Below, in pieces: positions 17,323 through 25,645 of a stretch of DNA of 44,144 nucleotides. Source of the stretch: Candidatus Woesearchaeota archaeon (GTDB taxonomy: Archaea; Nanobdellota; Nanobdellia; Pacearchaeales; GW2011-AR1); assembly GCA_964507595.1 (NCBI GenBank), contig CAZDPO010000001.1, forward strand, positions 1 through 44,144, read 5' to 3'. Within the stretch, counting starts at the first letter, position 1, and every line of letters starts with the position of its first letter. The position numbers and the translations under genes were made by a program. The notes beneath the pieces are model-generated. The model did no database searches and had not been told where the DNA came from. It saw only the letters and a program-made list of their open reading frames with translations.

Positions 17323-17678
17323 CAAATCAAAAAGAAATATACAAATGTGAAATATGTGGAAACATCGTGGAAGTTCTTCACGAGGGGCCAGGTCAATTAG
17401 TATGTTGCGGTCAACCAATGGACTTGCAAGATGAAAATACTGTGGATGCTTCTAAAGAAAAACATGTTCCAATAATTCAAGGAAACAAAGTAATTATTGG
17501 TTCAGTAGAACACCCTATGACAGACGAACATTATATTGAATTTATTGAAGCAACAGATGAAAAAGGGCAAACAGCAAAAATTTTCTTAAAACCAGGACAA
17601 GAACCAGAAGCAGACTTTTGTTTCACACCAATTTCAGCACGAGCATATTGTAATCTGCATGGGTTGTGGAAAAGTTAA
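17319..17678 (+). CDS. dfx: desulfoferrodoxin (2Fe superoxide reductase)
   Basis: Desulforedoxin domain (YKCEICGNIVEVLHEGPGQLVCCGQPM) and SOR domain (EKHVPII, VEHPMTDEHYIEFIE, CNLHGLWK). Confidence 0.88.
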   Translation: MTNQKEIYKCEICGNIVEVLHEGPGQLVCCGQPMDLQDENTVDASKEKHVPIIQGNKVIIGSVEHPMTDEHYIEFIEATDEKGQTAKIFLKPGQEPEADFCFTPISARAYCNLHGLWKS

Positions 17679-17709
17679 ATCTTAAAAACAAATAATCCCT
17701 AATTAATTA

Positions 17710-17961
17710 ATGGAAGAGATGATTTACAAAATAATTGCTATCCTAGGCCTACTTTTCATAATAACTGGGACTTTACTTGTATCTTCAAAAAAAAGATTTA
17801 GAAAAAGATATGTTTATCCTTTACTAGTGCTCGGAGGAATTTGTTTAGAAATTTACAGTATATATATTAATGATTTAATATTCATAATTTTACAAGGAAT
17901 TTTCATAATTACCTCAATATTTGGATTAATTAAATATCACGAACATAAACATAAAAAATGA
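17710..17961 (+). CDS. small membrane protein (83 aa, about 3 TM)
   Basis: Hydrophobic ORF. ATGA overlap with the DNA ligase start. Confidence 0.4.
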   Translation: MEEMIYKIIAILGLLFIITGTLLVSSKKRFRKRYVYPLLVLGGICLEIYSIYINDLIFIILQGIFIITSIFGLIKYHEHKHKK

Positions 17962-19670
17962 GATATAAACTTTTAGCAAACCTTTATGATAAATTAGATT
18001 CTACTACAAAACGTTTAGAAAAAATAGATATCCTCTCAAAGTTTTTAGAAGATTTAGATGAAAAAGACGAAGATATACTTTATCTTTTAGAAGGAAACAT
18101 TTATCCAGATTATGATGAAAGAAGAATTGGAATCTCAAATCAAATTGCAATTAAAGCAATTTCAAAATCAACAGGAACAGATACAAACAAAGTTATTGTA
18201 TTATGGAAAAAGATAGGGGATTTAGGGCAGGTTGCTGAAAGATTAACTTCAAATAAGTCTCAAACAACATTAGCTTCGCAAGTAATAACAACAGATAAAG
18301 TCATATTAAATTTAAGGAAGCTTCCAGAACTAGAAGGCAAAGGAACAATTGAAAAAAAACTCTCATTAATAACAGAATTATTGACTTCTGCAGATCCAAA
18401 AGAAGCACTCTATCTGATAAGAACTTTAATTGGAGATTTAAGAATTGGAGTTCAAGAATCAACAATAAAATATGCTATGTTAAAAGCTTTTTTTAAAAAT
18501 AATAAAAAATATGATGAAGATTTACAAAAAGCAATTGACAGATCAAATGATTTAGCAGAAGTATTTAAAATTGCTAGAAAAAAGAAAATTAAAGATTTAG
18601 AAAAAATAGAATTGCAGGTCGGTAAACCAATAAAAGCTATGCTTGCTCAAAAAGCAAAAGATATTCCAGATGCATTTCGACAATTGGGAACCCCTTTAGC
18701 AGTTGAATATAAATATGATGGATTTAGGCTTTTAATTCATAAAATAAATAATAAAGTAACTCTCTTCACAAGAAGTTTAGAAAACGTGACCAAACAATTT
18801 CCAGAAGTTGAAAAATACATAAAAGAATTTGTTAAGGGAACTTCATTTATTTTAGATTCAGAAGCAGTAGGATATGATAAAAAAACAAAAAAATATACTG
18901 ATTTTCAAGCAATATCTCAAAGAATAAGAAGAAAATATAATATAAAAGAATTACAAGAAAAACTTCCAATTGAAGTAAATATATTTGATATTTTATATTA
19001 TAATGGAAAACCTCAACTAGACATTCCATTTAAAAAAAGAGCAGAATTAATAAGAAAAATCATAACAGATCATCCTTACAAATTAATTGCTTCAAAAAGC
19101 ATAATTACTTCAAATCAAAAAGAAATTGAAGATTTTTATGAAAAAGCTTTAAAAAATAATCAAGAGGGGGTTATGTTAAAAAATTTAAAAGCACCCTACA
19201 AACCAGGAAGAAGAGTTGGCCATATGTTAAAAATAAAACCAGAAGATCAAGATCTGGACTTAGTAATTACAGGGGCAGAGTGGGGAAAAGGTAAAAGATC
19301 TGGTTGGTTATCTTCTTTTATTCTCTCTTGTAAAAAAGATAATGAATATTTAGAAATAGGAAAGGTTGGAACAGGAATTGGTGAAAAGGAAACAGAAGAT
19401 AATAAAATCACTTTTCAAAAACTAACAGAATTATTAACTCCTTTAATAACAGGAGAAAAAAACAAACAAGTACAAATAAAACCAAAGATTGTTGTTATGA
19501 TAACTTATCAAGATATTCAAAAATCTACTAACTATAAATCTGGATGGGCATTAAGATTTCCAAGAATATTAAGACTAAGAGAAGATAAAACACCTAAGGA
19601 AATTGCAACCCTAGAAGAAATTGAAAAAGATTTTGTTTCCCAAAGATCTAAAAATTACAAATATGGTTAA
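17958..19670 (+). CDS. lig: ATP-dependent DNA ligase
   Basis: Adenylation motif I (EYKYDGFRLLIHK), motif-V-like EGVMLK, and archaeal/eukaryotic Lig1-like length. Confidence 0.9.
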   Translation: MRYKLLANLYDKLDSTTKRLEKIDILSKFLEDLDEKDEDILYLLEGNIYPDYDERRIGISNQIAIKAISKSTGTDTNKVIVLWKKIGDLGQVAERLTSNKSQTTLASQVITTDKVILNLRKLPELEGKGTIEKKLSLITELLTSADPKEALYLIRTLIGDLRIGVQESTIKYAMLKAFFKNNKKYDEDLQKAIDRSNDLAEVFKIARKKKIKDLEKIELQVGKPIKAMLAQKAKDIPDAFRQLGTPLAVEYKYDGFRLLIHKINNKVTLFTRSLENVTKQFPEVEKYIKEFVKGTSFILDSEAVGYDKKTKKYTDFQAISQRIRRKYNIKELQEKLPIEVNIFDILYYNGKPQLDIPFKKRAELIRKIITDHPYKLIASKSIITSNQKEIEDFYEKALKNNQEGVMLKNLKAPYKPGRRVGHMLKIKPEDQDLDLVITGAEWGKGKRSGWLSSFILSCKKDNEYLEIGKVGTGIGEKETEDNKITFQKLTELLTPLITGEKNKQVQIKPKIVVMITYQDIQKSTNYKSGWALRFPRILRLREDKTPKEIATLEEIEKDFVSQRSKNYKYG

Positions 19671-19984
19671 TGCTTATTTAAATCTCCAATAATCTTATTA
19701 TATGCTTTTTCCCAATCTTTTAAAGTTGGTTTATAAATCAAAGAACTGTCGTGAATTCCCATGGCACTTTTAATTTCATAATCTTCAGAATAACTTAATC
19801 CATTTGAATCTTTATCAAAATAATTAATAACTTCTTGTTCAATTTTTCTTTCTAAAGTTTTTTCTTTCCATTCTTTATCATCTTTAACCCACAAATAAAT
19901 AATCGCCCCCACCCCCATCAAAAGCATTGCAATCGCAGTAGAATAATATCTAACACGAAAATATTCTTCAAACCCCCCATTCAT
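19667..19984 (-). CDS. hypothetical membrane-anchored protein (105 aa)
   Basis: Single TM (AIAMLLMGVGAIIYLWV). ATGA overlap with the upstream ORF. Confidence 0.4.
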   Translation of the reverse strand: MNGGFEEYFRVRYYSTAIAMLLMGVGAIIYLWVKDDKEWKEKTLERKIEQEVINYFDKDSNGLSYSEDYEIKSAMGIHDSSLIYKPTLKDWEKAYNKIIGDLNKH

Positions 19985-20265
19985 TTCAAAACCTCTTCAA
20001 CAAAACCATAAATTCCCTCGGAATATTTAATTCCAAATGGGATTACAACTCCAACTAAATAACTCAAATTTCCAATTATGGCAGTTTTCCACCTAACATC
20101 AAAAGCCTTATGAGTAAAATCAAATGTAGTTAAAGAAGTTAATTCCAAATATCCAGATAAAAAGGGTAATCCAGTTGTTAAAACATCTATAGTCCCCACA
20201 ATCCCTCCTAATAAAACTCCGATTCCAGGGAGAATTATATTTTCTAATTTATTTTTTAAATCCAT
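19981..20265 (-). CDS. hypothetical small membrane protein (94 aa)
   Basis: Gly-rich TM segments. Translationally coupled to 19667..19984. Confidence 0.4.
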   Translation of the reverse strand: MDLKNKLENIILPGIGVLLGGIVGTIDVLTTGLPFLSGYLELTSLTTFDFTHKAFDVRWKTAIIGNLSYLVGVVIPFGIKYSEGIYGFVEEVLK

Positions 20266-20299
20266 TCTTTTCCTATCCCAAAAATCCTTTTAAACTTTA

Positions 20300-20320
20300 G
20301 TTGTTATATTAACTAACAAC
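20300..20320. promoter_or_regulatory. inverted repeat GTTGTTA-N7-TAACAAC immediately upstream of the trmB-like gene
   Basis: Read directly. It ends 3 nt before the ATG at 20324 and is a candidate auto-operator. Confidence 0.4.
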
Positions 20321-20323
20321 AAA

Positions 20324-21034
20324 ATGGAAGAACTAAAGGAAAAACTAAGTCAAGCAGGATTAACAAGAAATGAATCAAAAGTATATTTAGAATTATTAAA
20401 GACTCTAGAACTTTCTGCAAATGAAATCTCTAAGAAAGTCTCTCTAGATAGGACCCTCACATACTCTTTACTAAATAACCTTATAGAAAAAGGACTAATT
20501 TCATATATAATTAAAGAAAATAAAAAGTTTTTCAAAGCAGAAAATCCAGAAAATCTATTAAATCAAATAAGGAAAAAAGAATTTTTAATCAAAGATTTAA
20601 TCATAGATTTAAATAAAATACAAAAGCAAAATCCCATTTCTTATGAAATAAAAGTTCTAGAAGGTAAAGAAGGTCTAAGAACTCTTTTTGGATTAATCTT
20701 CAAAAATAAACATTTTCTTTCATTTGGAGGAACTGGAAGAGCATATGAACAACTTTACGAAATCCAAGCAATGGCAAAAGCTCTAAAAAAAGGAGAATAC
20801 TCTGGGAAAATGATTCTTCAAGAAAAATATAGGGACCATGAAGTAACAAAACAAAGCATAATAAAATCAAGGTATTCAAATGTAAATGCAGAAGCCACGA
20901 CAGTTATTTTTGGAAATTATGTTTCAATACATCTTGCAAAAGAAAAACCAAAAATACTTTTAATAAAAAATAAAGATATTGCAGAATCATATAAAAATTA
21001 TTTTAAAGTCCTTTGGAAAATTGCAAAAATATAA
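20324..21034 (+). CDS. TrmB-family transcriptional regulator
   Basis: N-terminal wHTH (LSQAGLTRNESKVYLELLKTLELSANEISKKVSLDRTLTYSLLNNLIEKGLISYI). Paralog of 40471..41184. Confidence 0.75.
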   Translation: MEELKEKLSQAGLTRNESKVYLELLKTLELSANEISKKVSLDRTLTYSLLNNLIEKGLISYIIKENKKFFKAENPENLLNQIRKKEFLIKDLIIDLNKIQKQNPISYEIKVLEGKEGLRTLFGLIFKNKHFLSFGGTGRAYEQLYEIQAMAKALKKGEYSGKMILQEKYRDHEVTKQSIIKSRYSNVNAEATTVIFGNYVSIHLAKEKPKILLIKNKDIAESYKNYFKVLWKIAKI

Positions 21035-21035
21035 A

Positions 21036-21326
21036 TTATTCTCCAAAATATTCTTTCAATAAATCTCTAAAATATTGAGATTTAAGATTTTTAGGGAAAT
21101 GTTTTATTTCATATTCTTTAACTTTTTTTATAAAATATGTTTTAACTTCAAATTCCTCTACTTTTCTAATATTTTGTCCAGAAGTTAAACTCCCCCCATT
21201 ATAACTATTAATCCAAATCTCATCTATTTTAATGAACCTGTCAAATTCACCCTCTGAATCTGGGTTTTCTACCCAATCCCCTTCTTTAAATTGTTCTTTT
21301 TTCAGATTATCCTCAAGCGCCATCAT
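21036..21326 (-). CDS. hypothetical protein (about 96 aa)
   Basis: The track start at 21344 is GTG. The first ATG is at 21326 (MMALED). Confidence 0.3.
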   Translation of the reverse strand: MMALEDNLKKEQFKEGDWVENPDSEGEFDRFIKIDEIWINSYNGGSLTSGQNIRKVEEFEVKTYFIKKVKEYEIKHFPKNLKSQYFRDLLKEYFGE

Positions 21327-21426
21327 AAATATATATCCCCCCACAAGTTATAAGTATAATTATAGTAAAAAGGCATAATGAGATGTAAATAAAAACCTAT
21401 AAAATATCTAAAACCCTTAAGTTTTT

Positions 21427-22533
21427 ATGAAAAAAGTGTTAAAAGACATATTCAAATATCAAAATTATTTAATGTTAGCAATAAAACTTATACTTGTATT
21501 ATCTATAATAAATGCAATAAATCTTCACCTTTGGCACATTGCTTCAACAAACATATTTTTACTTATTTTAATGTTTGTTCCACAAATACTTAAGAAAAGT
21601 TCGAAATTAACAATTCCAAAAGAATTTGAATTTATATTATTAATATTTGTAATAATAACATTATTCTTAGGAAAAATCGGAGGAATTATAGCTCCAATTA
21701 TATTCGGAGTTGCTACAGGCTTTATAGGATTTACAATATTATTATTTTTATATTCAAATAATCAAATAAAAAAGAATTATTTTTTAGTAATTTTATTTTC
21801 ATTTAATTTTGCAGTAGCTTTTGGAGTTATACTTGAATTAGCAAAATATTATTTAAAATTATCTTTAGGCCAAGATATTAGTGCAGGAGTATATTCATTT
21901 ACAATGATGAACCTAACATATGTCTTAGTAGGATCTTTAATTGCATCACTTTTAGGATACTTATATATGAGAACACATTCAAATATTTTCAATAATTTAA
22001 TCACACTTTTAAAGAAATCAAATCCAAAACTAAAAATTAATGATGATTTTTCAAATGACATCAAAGAATTAATTAAAAAAGGAGAAAGTGAAAAATTAGA
22101 ATTCAAATCAACTTTAAGAACAAATCTTCATACAAATGAAGTAGATAAAAAAATAGAAGATAATATATTGAAGACAATTGTTGCATTTTTAAACACTAAC
22201 GGAGGAACATTACTAATTGGGGTATCTGATGATAAAGAAGTAATTGGCATTGAAAATGATAAATTTCCTAATGAAGATAAATTTAATTTACATTTAATGA
22301 ATTTAATAAAACAAAAAATTGGAAAAAGACATCTTTCTCTAATGGATTTTCAAGTTGGAACAGTTGAGAAAAAATCTATAATGAGAATTGAATGTGATAC
22401 CAGCAAAAGACCTGTATTTTTAAAAGACGGAAAAGATGAAGAATTTTATATTAGAGCAGGACCTTCAACATCTGAACTAAAAGCAAGTGGATTAGTTGAA
22501 TATATTAATAAAAAATTTAAAAGAAAAGATTAA
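21427..22533 (+). CDS. multi-pass membrane protein fused to a C-terminal AlbA_2/Schlafen-type putative nucleic-acid-binding domain
   Basis: About 5-6 TM segments in residues 15-185, then GESEKLEFKSTLRTN...ILKTIVAFLNTNGGTLLIGVSDDKEVIGIE, which matches the AlbA_2 (divergent AAA_4) signature. Confidence 0.6.
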   Translation: MKKVLKDIFKYQNYLMLAIKLILVLSIINAINLHLWHIASTNIFLLILMFVPQILKKSSKLTIPKEFEFILLIFVIITLFLGKIGGIIAPIIFGVATGFIGFTILLFLYSNNQIKKNYFLVILFSFNFAVAFGVILELAKYYLKLSLGQDISAGVYSFTMMNLTYVLVGSLIASLLGYLYMRTHSNIFNNLITLLKKSNPKLKINDDFSNDIKELIKKGESEKLEFKSTLRTNLHTNEVDKKIEDNILKTIVAFLNTNGGTLLIGVSDDKEVIGIENDKFPNEDKFNLHLMNLIKQKIGKRHLSLMDFQVGTVEKKSIMRIECDTSKRPVFLKDGKDEEFYIRAGPSTSELKASGLVEYINKKFKRKD

Positions 22534-23090
22534 AAATATTCAGCAATGTCTCGATATTTCTCAGAATTAGAAAAGTCCATCATAACAAAAGGGGGAATAA
22601 AATCTTTCAAAAAAGGGAAATAAAGTTGAACTTCACTTCTCAAATTATTAGCTAATAAACTACTTTCATCATAAATCTCAGAAGGAACATTAAATCCCTC
22701 TAAGATAGAAGCCAAACACTCTGGAGAAGATCTAATTTTCCTTGCAAGAAATTCAGTCATAATTTTATTATTTTTACAACCTTCTAAATCCATATATAAA
22801 TCCCAAGAAATAAAACCATAAAATGCATGAACGGCCTCATGGCAAATAGTAACATCTCTTTGAAAACCTCCTATATTCTTAGAAACCCTAATTAATTTAG
22901 TTATAAAATTACAAAACCCTCCATTCGGGAAATCTTCAAAAACTAATTTATATTCATCTTTCAAAATTTTAAATATTGAAGTTGAAGAAAAAGGATTCCC
23001 ATAAATCGTTTTTTTAAATTCAGATTCGTTAATATTAATCTCTTCAAATTGCATTAAAAGATCTAAATAATCTGAGTTCGAAATGTTCAT
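22530..23090 (-). CDS. hypothetical protein with an HExxH motif (possible zinc metallopeptidase)
   Basis: Only the short CHEAVHAF motif supports this. Its stop codon overlaps the stop of 21427..22533 (convergent). Confidence 0.35.
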   Translation of the reverse strand: MNISNSDYLDLLMQFEEININESEFKKTIYGNPFSSTSIFKILKDEYKLVFEDFPNGGFCNFITKLIRVSKNIGGFQRDVTICHEAVHAFYGFISWDLYMDLEGCKNNKIMTEFLARKIRSSPECLASILEGFNVPSEIYDESSLLANNLRSEVQLYFPFLKDFIPPFVMMDFSNSEKYRDIAEYF

Positions 23091-23185
23091 GAGGATTCAA
23101 TCTAAGAATACTTTTTAAAAATATATGTATTATAAAACAATTCTCTTCGAAGCCTTTATAAACCACCTTTTCTCTTTATAAACTA

Positions 23186-23809
23186 ATGGTTGCGAAAAAA
23201 ACTACTAAAAAAGCAGTAAAAACTGCCAAAACTTCTAAGACTCCTAAAACTTCTAATAAAGAATCAACATATAAAATTCAAAATATTGTAGCTACAACTT
23301 CTTTAGAAAAACCTGTTCCATTAACAAAATTAGCAAGAACACAACCAAACACAGAATATAATCCAGAAACTTTTCCAGGATTAGTTTTAAGAATTAAAGA
23401 ACCAAAATCAGCTGTTCTAGTATTTTCATCTGGAAATTTAGTGTGCACAGGTACAAAATCAGTTGCTCAAGTTAAACAAGTTATTCAAGAAGTTATAAAG
23501 CAATTAAGAAAAATAAATGTAAATGTTACAATTCAACCAAAAATAACAGTTCAAAATATTGTTGCTTCTGGAACAATAAATCTAAGCTTAAATTTGAATT
23601 TCTTAGCTTTAGAAATGGAAAATACAGAATATGAACCTGAACAATTTCCAGGTTTAGTTTACAAATTAGAAGAACCAAACGCAACTTTCCTTTTATTCTC
23701 AAATGGTAAATTAGTGTGCACAGGTACAAAAAACAAAGAACAATTAGAAGAATCTATGAGACAACTTCTAAAGAATGTGAAAAAAGCTTTGAAAGGGTAT
23801 AAAAAATAA
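23186..23809 (+). CDS. tbp: TATA-box binding protein with a basic N-terminal extension
   Basis: Two TBP repeats: IQNIVATTSL...YNPETFPGLVLRIKEPKSAVLVFSSGNLVCTGTKS, and VQNIVASGTI...YEPEQFPGLVYKLEEPNATFLLFSNGKLVCTGTKN. Confidence 0.92.
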   Translation: MVAKKTTKKAVKTAKTSKTPKTSNKESTYKIQNIVATTSLEKPVPLTKLARTQPNTEYNPETFPGLVLRIKEPKSAVLVFSSGNLVCTGTKSVAQVKQVIQEVIKQLRKINVNVTIQPKITVQNIVASGTINLSLNLNFLALEMENTEYEPEQFPGLVYKLEEPNATFLLFSNGKLVCTGTKNKEQLEESMRQLLKNVKKALKGYKK

Positions 23810-23853
23810 AAAACAATTTAAAAGAGAATTCTATTTTAAAAAAAGCACAAAAT

Positions 23854-24276
23854 CTAAAATTCCCTAAATCTAACAGCCCCAATATGCCCGTAAACATCTA
23901 CTTTCCACTCTTTATCTGAACCAAAATGAGATCTAAAGATATTGACTTTATTCTTCAATTCTTTTTCTAACAGGTCAAAAAATTTAATCCCTTCTTTATA
24001 ATTAGCAAGTTTATTTGATAGATGCGCAAAAGGAAAGATTACAACATTATTGTGCTTAACATCATTGACAAAACTTATGATCTCACTAAACAGAGTTTTA
24101 GAATTCTTTTCTAAAAAATCTCCTTTTTCAACACAAATGAAACAAAGAATAGCGTTTTTAACGACCTGCTTTTTATTTTTATCATTAAGTTTCTCTGGTT
24201 TAATTCCTTTCGGCCTAGTGGCTAACTTAACAACTTCAACTTCAAAACTTCTGACATGCAACATCAATGTTTTCAT
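23854..24276 (-). CDS. free-standing archaeal ThrRS-type editing domain (tRNA-Thr_ED, Ser-tRNA(Thr) deacylase-like)
   Basis: MKTLMLHVRSFEVEV..., AILCFICVEKGD, VVIFPFAHLSNKLA and HFGSDKEWKVDVYGH align by eye with the N-terminal editing domain of Pyrococcus ThrRS. The ATG at 24276 has GGAGAAAAGTGAAATG. The track start at 24291 is also possible. Confidence 0.8.
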   Translation of the reverse strand: MKTLMLHVRSFEVEVVKLATRPKGIKPEKLNDKNKKQVVKNAILCFICVEKGDFLEKNSKTLFSEIISFVNDVKHNNVVIFPFAHLSNKLANYKEGIKFFDLLEKELKNKVNIFRSHFGSDKEWKVDVYGHIGAVRFREF

Positions 24277-24377
24277 TTCACTTTTCTCCATTAACTAAAC
24301 ATCAAAAGCCATTTTCCTTAAATATCTTTTGACATAAAATAGTAAAATATATAAATAAAGACAAATTAACCTAATTT

Positions 24378-25028
24378 ATGACAAATATACACAAATTAGT
24401 ACATTCATACATTGATAATGATATAAGCATCAAGAAAATGTTGTATGAGAATTTAATTAATATAAGCTCATTGGCACGTAAAATTTCTAAAGAATACCGT
24501 ATGGAAAAAAACATGGATGCAATAATAAGTGCGATTAGAAGATATGAAAACGCACCAGTAAGATATCAAAACCAAAAAAAGATTTATGATCTTTTAAAAG
24601 AAACTAAAGTATTAACGAGAAATAAACTCTCTAGTTGTTTAATTCAAAAGCATCAAAACATCCAAAAAGAAATAAGCCTAATCTATGAGTTAGTAAATTT
24701 TTCAGCAGGAGAGATACTTAGGATTTTTGAACTAGAAACTTACATTAAACTAATATTTGATGAAAAAAACTATGACAAAATTCTAAATAAAATTAATGCA
24801 AAAAACATTTTAAATAGAAGTAAAGACTTATGTGAAATAAACCTAATCTATCCTGAAATTGTCACAAAAATTCCTGGGGTTTTTGCATTAATCTCCCAGG
24901 AACTAGCAAACAATGAAATAAGCATTATTGATTCTATGATCTGTCATTCAGAGCATTTAATTATCTTGGACAAAAAAGATTTTCAAGTTGCTTTCGAAAC
25001 AATCAATAAACTAACAAATAAAAAGTGA
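24378..25028 (+). CDS. hypothetical protein, possibly with a C-terminal ACT-like domain
   Basis: Weak resemblance only: VTKIPGVFALISQELANNEISIIDSMICHSEHLIILD. Confidence 0.3.
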   Translation: MTNIHKLVHSYIDNDISIKKMLYENLINISSLARKISKEYRMEKNMDAIISAIRRYENAPVRYQNQKKIYDLLKETKVLTRNKLSSCLIQKHQNIQKEISLIYELVNFSAGEILRIFELETYIKLIFDEKNYDKILNKINAKNILNRSKDLCEINLIYPEIVTKIPGVFALISQELANNEISIIDSMICHSEHLIILDKKDFQVAFETINKLTNKK

Positions 25029-25085
25029 ATTTATCTAACACTTAATAAAAAACCTTAAATAGTATACTTCAGTATACTAAAGTAT

Positions 25086-25307
25086 ATGGAAACAACAATA
25101 AAAATAACTCAAGATGTAAAATCAATGTTAGATAAAATGAAACTTCATCAAAGAGAGACTTATAATGATATAATCTGGCTTTTACTAGAAGATCATATGG
25201 AACTTAATACAAAAACTAAAAAAGAAGTATCGGAAGCAAGAAAAAGAATTTCTAAAGGAGAATTTTACACTCATGAAGAAGTAGAAAAAATGTTTGGAGT
25301 AAAATGA
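25086..25307 (+). CDS. putative antitoxin (partner of the RelE-like toxin)
   Basis: Small ORF with ATGA overlap to the downstream RelE-like gene, the typical type II TA arrangement. Confidence 0.5.
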   Translation: METTIKITQDVKSMLDKMKLHQRETYNDIIWLLLEDHMELNTKTKKEVSEARKRISKGEFYTHEEVEKMFGVK

Positions 25308-25558
25308 GCTATAATATAATTTGGGATAAAAAAGCTCTAGAATTCTTAAATAAAACAGAACCTTTTATTACTCAAAGAATAATCAAATTCATCAAAGAGT
25401 TTTCAGAAGAACCAAGAAAAAAACAATTTAAAAAATTAAAAGGAGAACAAGGATTTAGATTAAGAGCAGGAGATTATAGAATAATTTTTGATTTTAATCA
25501 AAAAACAAAAACAATACAGATTTTAAGAATAGGCCATAGAAAAAACATTTACAAATAA
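25304..25558 (+). CDS. relE: RelE/ParE-family type II toxin
   Basis: IIWDKKALEFLNK...KLKGEQGFRLRAGDYRIIFDFNQKTKTIQILRIGHRKNIY matches the RelE-family pattern. Confidence 0.75.
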   Translation: MSYNIIWDKKALEFLNKTEPFITQRIIKFIKEFSEEPRKKQFKKLKGEQGFRLRAGDYRIIFDFNQKTKTIQILRIGHRKNIYK

Positions 25559-25645
25559 CTTCACTACCCAAGAATAATCATTTTTCTCTAAAACTACTTT
25601 TCAATCTACATAAATATATAAAAATGCAATTAACCATGATTTCTT

